Source of the DNA: Candidatus Moraniibacteriota bacterium | GTDB lineage: Bacteria > Patescibacteriota > Minisyncoccia > Moranbacterales > DUUL01 | Reading direction: 5' to 3' | NCBI GenBank assembly: GCA_034522495.1 | Contig: JAXHLG010000002.1 | Coordinates: forward strand, 165,583-229,582 | DNA: 64,000 nucleotides | Notes under the pieces: model-generated | What the model was told of the DNA's origin: nothing | The model's input: the letters and a program-made list of their open reading frames with translations, nothing else | Database searches by the model: none | Shown here: piece after piece, positions 41,838-52,101 of the stretch | Position numbering within the stretch: the stretch's first letter is position 1 | How the letters are laid out: the number at the start of each line of letters is the position of its first letter | Made by a program: the position numbers and the translations under genes

Positions 41838-41865
41838 AAAAGCCTTCCGGTTGGGGAAGGCTTTT
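41838..41865. terminator. Bidirectional terminator between convergent genes
   Basis: AAAAGCCTTCC-loop-GGAAGGCTTTT. Confidence 0.7.
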
Positions 41866-41886
41866 GTTTATATTTTTTTGCTGGAT

Positions 41887-42279
41887 TTAGAGAAATCCGA
41901 AATGTTCTAGGGCGGGGCGGATGTTGGGGCCGAGGTCTTCGGGGAGGTTTTTGGTCTCCAGCCAGTTCCACTCCCGGATGTCTTTGCCGGGGTTGATTTT
42001 GCCGATCCTTTCGGCTAGATAATGGACCAAGATGACGTCGATTTTGCCTTCTGGGGTTTCTTTTTGGGCGTGGGTTATGAAAGGCTCTAGATTTTGAATT
42101 TCTATCTCAATGCCCATTTCTTCTTTGGCTTTCCGGCGGGCGTTTTCGATTAAGTCCTGGCTGAAGTCTTCCACTCTGCCGCCGCAGAATTTCCAGAAAG
42201 CGGTGTCGCCGTGCTTGTTGAGCAGAACTTTTTCATCTTCTACTATGAGCGGCCCGGATGCGATGATGATTTTTTGCAT
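41887..42279 (-). CDS. NUDIX hydrolase
   Basis: Variant NUDIX box GGRVE.......NARRKAKEEMG. Confidence 0.8.
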   Translation of the reverse strand: MQKIIIASGPLIVEDEKVLLNKHGDTAFWKFCGGRVEDFSQDLIENARRKAKEEMGIEIEIQNLEPFITHAQKETPEGKIDVILVHYLAERIGKINPGKDIREWNWLETKNLPEDLGPNIRPALEHFGFL

Positions 42280-42300
42280 AAATCCTCCTTTCTTTAATTA

Positions 42301-42454
42301 GGGCCTGCCCCGCAATGCGGGGCAAATAAGGTAAAATATTTATATTTTTAAAGCGGTGCGAAAAATTATTTTACCTTATTTGTTAGATTTTAGTTAAAAT
42401 AATTTTTTCCCGCAGAACGGGAGCAACAGATTTTTTTCAAAAATCAGCAGCCCC
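42301..42454 (+). mobile_element. MITE-like family C copy
   Basis: Homologous to 14860..15034; TA flanks. Confidence 0.7.
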
Positions 42455-42649
42455 TAATTAAAGAAACAAAAGAGATTGAAGGGAGAAAGGGAGTGCTTCG
42501 AGTTTTGATTTTAGATTTATGGGGAAGTGAAAAAGGACTTTGCCGGTTGGGGTGAAGTACTTTTTTATTTGAATATAAAAAAACAGGGGTTTAGCGATTG
42601 ATTGCTGAACCCCTGAGGGTTGTGATGAGGCTATTTCATTGCCTCATCT

Positions 42650-43024
42650 TTATTGACTTGCGGCCATCTCGGTGATGGCCCTCCTGAGGGCCACTGTCGT
42701 GGCCTTGAAAAAGTCGAAAATTTTCGGCTTCCTCAAACAATTTCCATTGAAGTGTTCGACCTTGTCGCCCTTGCGGACGAACAACCATAGATCGACTTCT
42801 TGCATAGGGAGCGCAAGCTCCCGCACATAGACGGTGGGGCGGGTTTCCCGCACCTCGACGGTAGCTCCAGAGAGGCCGGCCTTTTCTAGCTCGAGCTCGA
42901 CGGCCCGTTTCTGGACCGGGGTGAGTTGGAGGCTGCTTTCGCTGTAGTACAATACTTCAGCGGCTGCGGTGGTTGGAATGGCTAGGGCGATTAGGGCAAT
43001 GATGGTAAAAATGTGCTTGTGCAT
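42650..43024 (-). CDS. Secreted hypothetical protein
   Basis: Signal peptide MHKHIFTIIALIALAIPTTAAA; AGGAGG RBS. Confidence 0.75.
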   Translation of the reverse strand: MHKHIFTIIALIALAIPTTAAAEVLYYSESSLQLTPVQKRAVELELEKAGLSGATVEVRETRPTVYVRELALPMQEVDLWLFVRKGDKVEHFNGNCLRKPKIFDFFKATTVALRRAITEMAASQ

Positions 43025-43327
43025 ACTTCCTCCTTATGGAAGCTAGAGGTTTTGATGGCCGATATGGACATCTTGGTTTGCTCTTGGTGAATAAATTAAG
43101 ATGGCCACGTCGCTAATTTTTTAGAAAGCGCATATTATCATATTATTGTGGTATTGTCAATATTTCGAGGGGGGGGCATTTCGGGGTTAATTCAAGGGGA
43201 GTGTTTTTGCCTGTTTAATTGACAGAAAGGTATTTTTGTAGTAGTATTTAAACTTCTCAGTTATTTGACAATACAATACGTATTAGGAATAGATTAAAAA
43301 AGGGTTTTATCAAAAGGAGGAGGCCTG

Positions 43328-44449
43328 ATGAAAAAGTCAATGTTTTCCGATTGGCAGTTTGAAAGTTTGCGGGAAGTCTTTCAGCAAAACAATCCGAGAT
43401 TGGCTGGTGACCGGTTGGGTTGTGAAAGACAGATCAAGAAATTTGATGATGAGATTAACAAACTTCTGGAAGAGAAAGAAGAAGGTTTTGAAGGAGGGGT
43501 AAATATCTTGCTGCAGGGGCGGAATTTAATTGCCAGGCATATCGGCGCAGAAGAAGTTGAAATGCCTGAATTTTCTTTGCCTTCAACTGAGAAAAGTTTC
43601 TATGAATCTGCTATTGGGGATAAGCACGTAGCTGTTTTTGTTCCCGGTAGAAAGGAGGGTGAATTTTTTGCCTTGGCGATCGATAAAGCTTTGTCTTTGT
43701 TTGATCGGCATATTCAATTTGTATGTTACACAGATGTGAAGTGCTTAATTGATCAAATTCTGGCAAGTGAAATTTGCGGTGTAGTTGCCTTCCATTTGGA
43801 GCGACGTGGAGATGTCGAAGCCTATATAAGGCATGAAATTAAGAATTTGCCGGGGTGGAATTCTTCTAAAGCGGAAAAATATTTTTTGCCGCCCTGCAAA
43901 GATTATTTTCCAGTTCATCCACTTGGGAAAATTTTGCAAGAAATGATTTCTATGCAAAGTGGGTTTTTCCAAGAAGGAGAACAGTTTGAATTGGACAAAG
44001 CGATGAAAAGCCTGGTTTCTCATATGTATATTCCTCAAAATGATCCCATCGTTTTGCTGGTTGATGATCGGCAAAACGAAGTGGATGGGCTGATCCGAAT
44101 CCTGAAAGCCTGGCCTGCTATTGGTTTAGAGATTATCATCGGTTCTATTTGTAATGTGGACCAAGTTGCTTTGCCTGAAAAGGAATTTGATATCTTACTC
44201 TTGGACGAAGGCATTGGGCAAATATCGGGTACGGAATTGGTTGAAGATTTTTTCAACCAAAAGCCTAATTTTCCAGGTATAATATGTTCAATATCAGGAG
44301 GTGATAAGCCAGGTTTCACTCAATATCATTTTCAAAGCAAGTTACAAGTGAAGAAAGGATTTGAGCAAGCCTTGGGGTTTGTCAAATTCATGAATGGAGT
44401 ATTGAGAAGGTTTGATAGATCTGTTCAAAGAAACAGATCTGTCTATTAG
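43328..44449 (+). CDS. Hypothetical protein with a C-terminal receiver-like domain
   Basis: VLLVDD...FDILLLD..IGQISGTEL; AGGAGG RBS; candidate promoter TTGACA-17-TAGTAT at 43219-43247. Confidence 0.7.
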   Translation: MKKSMFSDWQFESLREVFQQNNPRLAGDRLGCERQIKKFDDEINKLLEEKEEGFEGGVNILLQGRNLIARHIGAEEVEMPEFSLPSTEKSFYESAIGDKHVAVFVPGRKEGEFFALAIDKALSLFDRHIQFVCYTDVKCLIDQILASEICGVVAFHLERRGDVEAYIRHEIKNLPGWNSSKAEKYFLPPCKDYFPVHPLGKILQEMISMQSGFFQEGEQFELDKAMKSLVSHMYIPQNDPIVLLVDDRQNEVDGLIRILKAWPAIGLEIIIGSICNVDQVALPEKEFDILLLDEGIGQISGTELVEDFFNQKPNFPGIICSISGGDKPGFTQYHFQSKLQVKKGFEQALGFVKFMNGVLRRFDRSVQRNRSVY

Positions 44450-44580
44450 ATATAATTTTAAAATTGACCGGGTTTGGCGATTGTGGTTAAACCCGGTTTT
44501 TGTATTGGTTGTTGGTTTATTTGTTAAAATGTTAAAATGATGTGTCTGACATGATGTGTCTGACACAAATGATACTTCTC

Positions 44581-44609
44581 TTGACAAGAGTTGAAATGAT
44601 TGCTAGATT
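44581..44609 (+). promoter_or_regulatory. Putative promoter of the 23S-5S rRNA unit
   Basis: TTGACA-17 nt-TAGATT about 440 nt upstream of the 23S gene. Confidence 0.55.
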
Positions 44610-45199
44610 TGATATTGACGTTTCGATGATTTGAAAATTTCAACTTTGCGGATTGGTTACGGACTAATATTTCCGCAGAATTAAAATGTTAATTTTTAGC
44701 CCTCAGGGGGTATTTGTTAAATGACGGAAACCAAAAAAGCCATAAGTAAAAATTCAAGTTAAGACGGTTTTGCAGTTTTCGTGCTGTCAAAACCGCATCA
44801 AGCGGTTTTTTTGTTGGGATTAATAGGTCTGACTTTGTAAAGTTCTAATTTTTTAAATTTTTGAAGGGTTCAGGAAGAAGGAGTTAACAGCTTAACTTTT
44901 TCTTCTTGGATCTTTGCTTGGGCGGCGGGTCTGAATAGCGCCAAGCGGAGAGGAACATTGAAAACAGAATAAAGTAGGTAAAATAAATTAAACTTAAGCT
45001 TTTGATAATAATAACAAATTCAATCTTTGTTATTTGCCAGTCAAAAGCAGCGGTGCTCAATCAAGGCATATGGTGGATACCTTGACTGAAGCAAGCGATG
45101 AAGGACGCGGCAGTCTGCGATATGCCTCGGGGAGGTGACAAGCAACCTTTGATCCGGGGATTTCCGAATGCGGCAACGCAGCGTTGTAAACCAGCGCTA

Positions 45200-45355
45200 C
45201 GCGCTGTTTCACAACGAATTCAAAAGTCAAAACTCAAAAGTCAAAACTATGGTGTCCCTGTGGGACGATTATTATATAAATCATCCCGAGAATTCGGGAT
45301 ACCATTAGCTTTGCGCTTTGAGTTCTAAGCTTTGAGTTCGCTGCGAAGCAGCGCG
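45200..45355 (+). other. 23S insertion 1 (about helix 10)
   Basis: Long hairpin; core shared with insertions 4, 5 and 6. Confidence 0.85.
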
Positions 45356-45410
45356 GGCTTACCCGAGGAACTGAAACATCTTAGTACTCGGAGGAAAAGA
45401 AAACAATATA

Positions 45411-45571
45411 TGCCGGTGCTTCGCACCGGAATGTCTAATTCCTAATTCCTAATTCCTAATAAAATTTCAAATGTTCAATGTCCAAATATTTGGATATTGT
45501 TAATTTCGTGTTTGTCATTTGTTTGGAAATTGGAAATTGGAAATTGGAAATTCCGGCGCGGAGCGCCGGTG
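45411..45571 (+). other. 23S insertion 2 (about E. coli position 228-230)
   Basis: Hairpin with (AATTCCT)n and (TTGGAAA)n arms. Confidence 0.85.
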
Positions 45572-45613
45572 TGATTCCCTAAGTAGTGGCGAGCGAAAGG
45601 GGAAGAGCCTAAA

Positions 45614-45776
45614 CCGATGCGCAGCATCGGAAATTCTAAGCTCTAATCTCTAAACTCTAAACAAGTTCAAATTTTACAAATTCAAAACTCAAAACAGCAT
45701 TGTTTTGTTATTTGGATTTTGGAAATTGTTTAGGATTTAGGATTTAGGATTTAGAGTTTCCGCTGCTGCGCAGCGG
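45614..45776 (+). other. 23S insertion 3 (about helix 15/16)
   Basis: Hairpin with TCTAA-type and (TTTAGGA)n arms; related to insertions 8 and 10. Confidence 0.85.
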
Positions 45777-46084
45777 GGTTGCGAGGCAATCATTCTTATT
45801 TATTTAGGGTGGAGTTATAAAATTTGTTAATAGTTGAATACCTTTGGAAAGAGGAACCATAGAGGGTAACAGTCCCGTAAACGAAATTAGCAAATCTCCA
45901 TGATGATTGTTCTCAAGTAGGATGGAGCCGGTGAAACTCTGTCTGAATCCGGGAGCCCTATACTTCCAAGGCTAAATATTGCTTCAGATCGATAGCGAAC
46001 CAGTACTGTGAAGGAAAGGTGAAAAGAACCCCTACAAGGGGAGTGAAATAGAACTTGAAACCATATGCTTACAAAGAGTAGGAG

Positions 46085-46261
46085 CTCGTGTCTCACTAGC
46101 GTTCGACACGATTAAAACTCAAAACTCAAAACTCAAAACGTTGGTGTCCCTGCGGGACGATTATTATATAAATCATCCCGAGAATTCGGGATACTGATGG
46201 ATTTGCACTTTGAGTTCTAAACTTTGAGTTTTATCAGTGGCGAGCGGCAGCGAGACACGGG
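46085..46261 (+). other. 23S insertion 4 (helix 25)
   Basis: Lies between GGAGC and GTGACTGCGT; (CTCAAAA)n arm. Confidence 0.85.
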
Positions 46262-46363
46262 TGACTGCGTGCTTTTTGCAGAACGAGCCAACGAGTTAAT
46301 TTATACGGCTGGCCTAAATCATTTTATGATGAAGGCAGAGTGAAAGCGAGGCTTAACCGCCGT

Positions 46364-46584
46364 TCGTTCGTATCTCATTGCATTCGATACAAACTCAATC
46401 TCAAAAGTCAAAACTCAAAAGTCTCAGCCCAAGGCTGATCCGCCTTTGGCGGAAAAACTATGGTGTCCCTGCGGGACGATTATTATATAAATCATCCCGA
46501 GAATTCGGGATACCGATGGATTTGCGCTTTGAGTTCTAAGCTTTGAGTTTGAGCGAAGTATCGAGTGAAGCGAGATACGAGCGA
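46364..46584 (+). other. 23S insertion 5 (about E. coli position 654)
   Basis: 151-bp core (46400-46550) identical to 47146-47296. Confidence 0.85.
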
Positions 46585-47108
46585 TTGTCGTATAAATTAG
46601 ACCCGAATCCGGGCGAGCTATATATGAGCAGGGTGAATGCTGAGTAAAATCAGCAGGAGGCCCGCACCCACGCGTCGTTCAACTCGCGGGGATGACTTGT
46701 GTATAGAGGAGAAATTCCAATCGAGCTCGGCGATAGCTGGTTCTTCTCGAAATAGCTCTAGGGCTAGCGTCAGGTTAGGGACTTTATGTCCCGCTTACTA
46801 ACAGGAGGTAGAGCTACTGAATGAGTAGTCGGGCTTTGCCTAGGCTATTCAATTAAACTCCGAATGCCTGTTAGCCAATCCTGGCAGTCAGAACCTGGGC
46901 TCTAAGGTTCAGGCTCAAAAGGGAAACAGCCCAGACCGCCACCTAAGGCCCCCAAATCTATACTAAGTGGAAAAGAAGGTGAAACTACTGAGACAACTAG
47001 AAGGTTGGCTTAGAAGCAGCCATCCTTAAAAGAGTGCGTAATAGCTCACTAGTTCAGTGGTTTTGCGTCGAAGATGTAACGGGGCTAAGTATAGTGCCGA
47101 AGGTGCGG

Positions 47109-47330
47109 ACGCGTTCATATCTCATTGCATTCGATATGAACTAAACTCAAAAGTCAAAACTCAAAAGTCTCAGCCCAAGGCTGATCCGCCTTTGGCGGAA
47201 AAACTATGGTGTCCCTGCGGGACGATTATTATATAAATCATCCCGAGAATTCGGGATACCGATGGATTTGCGCTTTGAGTTCTAAGCTTTGAGTTTAGCG
47301 AATATCGAGCGTAGCGAGATATGAGCGCGT
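47109..47330 (+). other. 23S insertion 6 (helix 45)
   Basis: Lies between GAAGGTGCGG and GGTAGAGAAGCGTTC. Confidence 0.85.
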
Positions 47331-47504
47331 GGTAGAGAAGCGTTCTGTTTGTTATGAAGCTCACGGCGCGAGCCGGGGTGGAACGAACAGAAGTGAGAAT
47401 GTTGGCATGAGTAACCGCAATACGGGTAAGATCCCCGTACGCCGAAAGTCCAAGGTTTCCTGGGCGATGACAATCATCCCAGGGTTAGTCGGTCCTAAGG
47501 CAAG

Positions 47505-47685
47505 CCCCTGGCGTTTGCTGCGCAAACGCAATGATCAAGGAAACAAGAAACAAGGGTACAAACAATATATCAATAACCAATGTATAAATTTCAAACTGTT
47601 TGGGATTTGTTAATTGTAATTTTGAATTTGTTTGTTATTTGTCTCTTGTATCTTGTAATTTGCGTTTGTGTAACGAACGCTGGGG
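47505..47685 (+). other. 23S insertion 7 (about helix 52)
   Basis: (ACAAGAA)n and (TCTTGT)-type arms; resembles intergenic 3383..3545. Confidence 0.85.
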
Positions 47686-48024
47686 GGTAGTCGATGGACA
47701 GCAGGTTAATATTCCTGCACTGCTATGTTATTCGATGGAGTGACGCATCCTAGTAGCTCTTGCCGGTTATTGGATTCCGGTAGGCATTTTGAGGTGGTCG
47801 GATAGGTAAATCCGTCCGGCAATACACCAAGAAATGTCTCGACGCTTGCGCTTGCGCAAGTTAAGTGGAGTGAGCAGGGTGCCGGGAAAAACTTCTAAGG
47901 CTAGTAGCGTAGCAACCGTACCGCAAACCGACACAGGTAGACAGGGCGAGTAGCCCAAGGCGAACGGGAGAACCTTCGTTAAGGAACTCGGCAAAATAGC
48001 GTCCGTAACTTCGGGATAAGGACC

Positions 48025-48184
48025 GCCGGCCAATGCTTCGCATTGGAAATCCTAAACTCTAGTCTCTAAATTCTAAACAAATTAAAATTCCAAAGTTCAA
48101 GACTTTATTGTTTTGTGCTTTTCGGTGATTGTTTAGGATTTAGGATTTTGAAATTAGGGCTTCCGATGCGGAGCGGCGGTCGGC
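48025..48184 (+). other. 23S insertion 8 (helix 63)
   Basis: Follows TTCGGGATAAGG; hairpin related to insertions 3 and 10. Confidence 0.85.
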
Positions 48185-48623
48185 CGCAGCTAAAGATGCC
48201 TGGCGACTGTTTACCAAAAACACAGGTCTCTGCAAACCCGCAAGGGGATGTATAGGGGCTGACGCCTGACCAGTGCCGGAACGTTAACGGGAGAGGTGCA
48301 AGCCAATCCCCGAAGCGCCGGTGAACGTCAGCGATAACTATAATCGTTCTAAGGTAGCGAAATTCCTTGTCAGCTAATTACTGACCCGCATGAAAGGCGT
48401 AACGACTAGGCAACTGTCTCAACGAAGGACCCGGTGAAATTGCAATGGGGGTAAAGATGCCCTCTACCTACGGCAAGACGAAAAGACCCCGTGGAGCTTT
48501 ACTATAACTTGGCATTGCGTTCGAGATTATGCTGCCGAGCATAGGTGGGAGGCTTTGAAGTCCCGATTCCGGTCGGGATGGAGCCAACAGTGGAATACCA
48601 CCCTGCATGATTTTGAACGCTAA

Positions 48624-48736
48624 CCTTGGTCTGTTATTTGCGCTTTTTAGTGCATGATAATTAGATTAAGTAAATTTCACGATTAAAATCTAATTGTCTG
48701 CACAAGATCAAAAAGAGCTCAGATACCAGACCAGGG
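48624..48736 (+). other. 23S insertion 9 (about helix 79)
   Basis: Extended hairpin before GGACAGTGCCTGGTGGGTAGTTT; lacks clear tandem repeats. Confidence 0.75.
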
Positions 48737-49247
48737 ACAGTGCCTGGTGGGTAGTTTATCTGGGGCGGATACCTCCTAAAAAGTAACGGAGGTGCTCACC
48801 AAGGTCGGCTAGCTCCGGATGGAAATCGGAGCGATAGGACAAAACCAAAAGCCGGCTTTACTGAAAGACTCATCCGTCGATCAGTTGCGAAAGCAGGATT
48901 TAGTGAACCGACTGTCGCTTATAGTAGCGCAGAAGATCAGCAGACAAAAGTTACCCCGGGGATAACAGGCTAATAGCGCCCAATAGTTCACATAGACGGC
49001 GCTGTTTGGCACCTCGATGTCGGCTCATCTCATCCTGGGGCTGCAGCAGGTCCCAAGGGTTTGGCTGTTCGCCAATTAAAGAGGTACGCGAGCTGGGTTC
49101 AAACCGTCGTAAGACAGGTTGGTCTCTATCTGCCGTAGGCGTTGTTGCTTGAGAGGATTCATTCTTAGTACGAGAGGACCGGAATGAGTGCAACCTCTGG
49201 TGTACCAGTTGTTCCTGCCAAGGGCACGGCTGGGTAGCTATGTTCAT

Positions 49248-49286
<39 letters not shown>

Positions 49287-49305
49287 CTCAAGATAAGGCA
49301 ACCAA

Positions 49306-49472
49306 CCGTGCATAGCACGGAAAATCTAAATTCTAATCTCTAAATTCTAAAATAAATTCCAATTTTTAAATTCAAAATTAAAAACTGTCTAGTTTGTAAT
49401 TTTGTTATTAGAATTTTGGTAATTGTTTAGGATTTAGGATTTTGAAATTTGGAAATTCCGTGCTATGCGCGG
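49306..49472 (+). other. 23S insertion 10 (helix 98)
   Basis: CCGTGCATAGCACGGAA...TTCCGTGCTATGCGCGG hairpin. Confidence 0.85.
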
Positions 49473-49760
49473 CTATAGTTTCCTGGAAGAAGACCAGGTT
49501 GATAGGCTTCAGGTGTAAGTGTGGTAACGCATTTAGCCGAGAAGTACTAATAAACTAAGGAGCATCACTGCTTTTGTTCTCAGGAATCTCCATATTTTAT
49601 GTGGCGATTACGGAGAACTGTGACTGGCAATCAAGAAAGATTGAAAGAATTATTGACTCCAATGCATTCCCATAATATATTTAAAGTGCATTAATAATAA
49701 GATATTGAAGGAGGGTGTACTTTTTATGCAAAACCCTCCTCGTTAACCGGAAATAGACTT

Positions 49761-49865
49761 ATGACAAAAATTAACGCATTTGAATTGATTTTGATGATAG
49801 TTGGAATTTTAGCTTTTTGCACATTGATATTTGTTCTATCTTCTCCGGTGATCCAAGCTTTCTGA
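49761..49865 (+). CDS. Putative 34-aa hydrophobic peptide in the 23S-5S spacer
   Basis: MTKINAFELILMIVGILAFCTLIFVLSSPVIQAF*, one TM-like segment; below the ORF-track size cutoff. Confidence 0.35.
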   Translation: MTKINAFELILMIVGILAFCTLIFVLSSPVIQAF

Positions 49866-49885
49866 TTAAGTTTTGAATTTACAAT

Positions 49886-50000
49886 TCCCGGTGCTTATGG
49901 CGGCGGGGCCACACCTGATTCCATCCCGAATTCAGAAGTTAAGCCCGCTTGCGCCGATGGTAGTCCCGCACTGCGGGATTAGAGTAGGACGGTGCCGGGA
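49886..50000 (+). rRNA. rrf: 5S rRNA
   Basis: CACCTGATTCCATCCCGAATTCAGAAGTTAAG, GCCGATGGTAGT and GAGTAGG; terminal stem. Confidence 0.95.
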
Positions 50001-50117
50001 ATTGTGAATTCAAATTTATAAACGGAGCTTTTTATGTTAAAATCCTATTACGATAGGATTTTTTTTATGGACGCGCCAATAAGGCAATCAATTTATTTAA
50101 TCAAAAACAGATTATTT

Positions 50118-50870
50118 ATGATTCACAAAGAAGAAGTCATAATTTTAAGATCATACGATTGCAAAGAGTACGACCGGCTGTATGAAATTTTTTCTATGCA
50201 ATCCGGCAAGAGAACCATAGCGGCAAAAGGCGTGAGAAAACCCAAAGCCAAACTGGCCAGCGGACTGGAGCCGATCACAAACTCCGAGATCTTTCTAGCC
50301 AAAGGACGAAATTTTGACAAGGCCACCGGCGTTATAATAAGAAACCAATACCCCTCGATAAAAAAAGATTTAGCCAAAATCAATAGCGTTAAAAATTTTT
50401 TTAACGCTATCAAAAAGATGCTAACAGACAAGTCGCCGGAAAACGAGATCAACGAAAAAATCTACCACTTAATACTTTTTTATCTCGATCAAATCGAAAA
50501 TAACAGCTATCAAGAAACCAAAAGCTTAAAGATCAAGCTGGCCATTCTGTGGAAGATTATTTACTGGATGGGCTATCAGCCGGGAGTTTTCAGATGCTTC
50601 AATTGCAGCGAGAAAATCACCGAAGAAGAATCTTATTCCTTTTTTGTTCCTTATGGAGTTTCTTGCAAAGCCTGTTTGAAGACAAAAAAAGACATCCACG
50701 CTCAGGAAATAAAAATTGATAAGAACTCCCTCAAGATGCTTCGACTTTTTTTAAAACAAAGCGTCAATCAAACCTCAAAAATTTCCCTCTCCATTGAATC
50801 CTTGAAAAGAATCGAAAGAACAGTAAAGCTGACGCTAGAGCAAATCACGGAAAAACGAATTGATATCTAA
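50118..50870 (+). CDS. recO: DNA repair protein RecO
   Basis: IILR..D..EYDR, AKGVRKPKAKL and CxxC...CxxC zinc site. Confidence 0.9.
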   Translation: MIHKEEVIILRSYDCKEYDRLYEIFSMQSGKRTIAAKGVRKPKAKLASGLEPITNSEIFLAKGRNFDKATGVIIRNQYPSIKKDLAKINSVKNFFNAIKKMLTDKSPENEINEKIYHLILFYLDQIENNSYQETKSLKIKLAILWKIIYWMGYQPGVFRCFNCSEKITEEESYSFFVPYGVSCKACLKTKKDIHAQEIKIDKNSLKMLRLFLKQSVNQTSKISLSIESLKRIERTVKLTLEQITEKRIDI

Positions 50871-50972
50871 TCAACCCAAAGGCCTCGCGCCAAGCCGCCA
50901 TGAGAAAAATCTATTGGCAAGCTGCCTTTTTTGAGCTATTATTAAAGTAGCTTAAACATTAATAAAAATAGT

Positions 50973-51527
50973 ATGAGCGTAGTATTAATAATTATAGGAG
51001 TACTGGCAGCGGTAGTTTTGATTTGGCTGATGCTTATTTACAACGGCCTGGTCAAACTGAGAAACCGCACCGAAGAAGCCTGGTCGGACATCGACGTCCA
51101 ACTCAAAAGGCGCTATGACCTAATCCCGAATTTAATCAACACTGTCAAAGGCTATGCCGCGCACGAAAAAGAAACCCTGGAGAAAGTAACCGAAATGAGA
51201 GCCAAAGCCATGGGCGCCAAAGACACCAAGGAACAAGCCGAAGCAGAAAACATGCTGTCGGAAACATTGAAATCATTGTTTGCGGTATCGGAAAACTACC
51301 CCGACCTCAAAGCCAACCAAAACTTCTTAGAACTGCAAAGAGAACTCTCTGACACAGAAAACAAAATCCAAGCCTCCCGCAGGTTCTACAACGGCAACGT
51401 CCGCGACTTCAACACCAAGATCCAAACCTTCCCCAACAGTCTTGTCGCCGGAATGCTCGGCTTCAAGGAAAAAGAATTCTTCGAAGCCGAAGGCGAAGAA
51501 AAAGAAAACGTGGAAGTAAAATTCTGA
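50973..51527 (+). CDS. lemA: LemA family protein
   Basis: [28 protein letters not shown] and RRFYN motifs. Confidence 0.96.
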   Translation: MSVVLIIIGVLAAVVLIWLMLIYNGLVKLRNRTEEAWSDIDVQLKRRYDLIPNLINTVKGYAAHEKETLEKVTEMRAKAMGAKDTKEQAEAENMLSETLKSLFAVSENYPDLKANQNFLELQRELSDTENKIQASRRFYNGNVRDFNTKIQTFPNSLVAGMLGFKEKEFFEAEGEEKENVEVKF

Positions 51528-51604
51528 GATCGAATTTTGTATCTAGTATCTAGAATCTAGAATAAATTGACTACTTCAGTCCTAATCTTCAGTCAACTTG
51601 TTTT

Positions 51605-52003
51605 ATGGTGGAGGAAAATCGAAGCTATTCCAAGATAAGTAAATTCACCGATTTAATAGCCTGGCAAGAAGGCCATAAGCTGGTCTTAATGGTATACAAG
51701 ATGACCGATGGTTTTCCAAGAGATGAAAAATACAATTTAATAGATCAGATGAGACGGTCATCCGTTTCAGTAACTTCAAATATAGCAGAAGGTTTTGCCA
51801 AAGTGTCTTCTAAAGATAAAAATCGCTTTTACAATATAGCGCAGACTTCTTTGATAGAACTTCAAAATCAACTAATTATTTGCAAAGATCTTAAATATTT
51901 AAGCAATGCCGATTTTGAAAAACTGGCCAATCAATCAATAAATTGCCACAAATTAATAAATGCTTTAATAAGATCGACTAGATTAAATAAATACAAAAAT
52001 TAA
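51605..52003 (+). CDS. Four-helix-bundle protein (23S rRNA intervening-sequence protein family)
   Basis: F.DL.AWQ, FP.DEKY.L.DQMRRSSVSVTSNIAEG and S..EL..QL motifs. Confidence 0.92.
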   Translation: MVEENRSYSKISKFTDLIAWQEGHKLVLMVYKMTDGFPRDEKYNLIDQMRRSSVSVTSNIAEGFAKVSSKDKNRFYNIAQTSLIELQNQLIICKDLKYLSNADFEKLANQSINCHKLINALIRSTRLNKYKN

Positions 52004-52101
52004 TTTTCTCAAAAGTATTCAAGATTTCCCGTCAACTTTTAAATTTTTATAGAATCGGGATCCCGCAAAGCGGTGACAAGATTCATAATTCAAAATTCAA
52101 T

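Noticed and set aside
49965-49979. 5S rRNA helix TCCCGCACTGCGGGA matching the dispersed CCCGCAGTGCGGG palindrome
   Set aside because: It occupies the normal 5S helix position and length; a short GC-rich match may be coincidental.
51605-52003. Diversity-generating retroelement (Avd-like gene; duplicated segments as TR/VR)
   Set aside because: No reverse transcriptase in the window. The duplicated pairs are identical or differ at positions not restricted to adenines.
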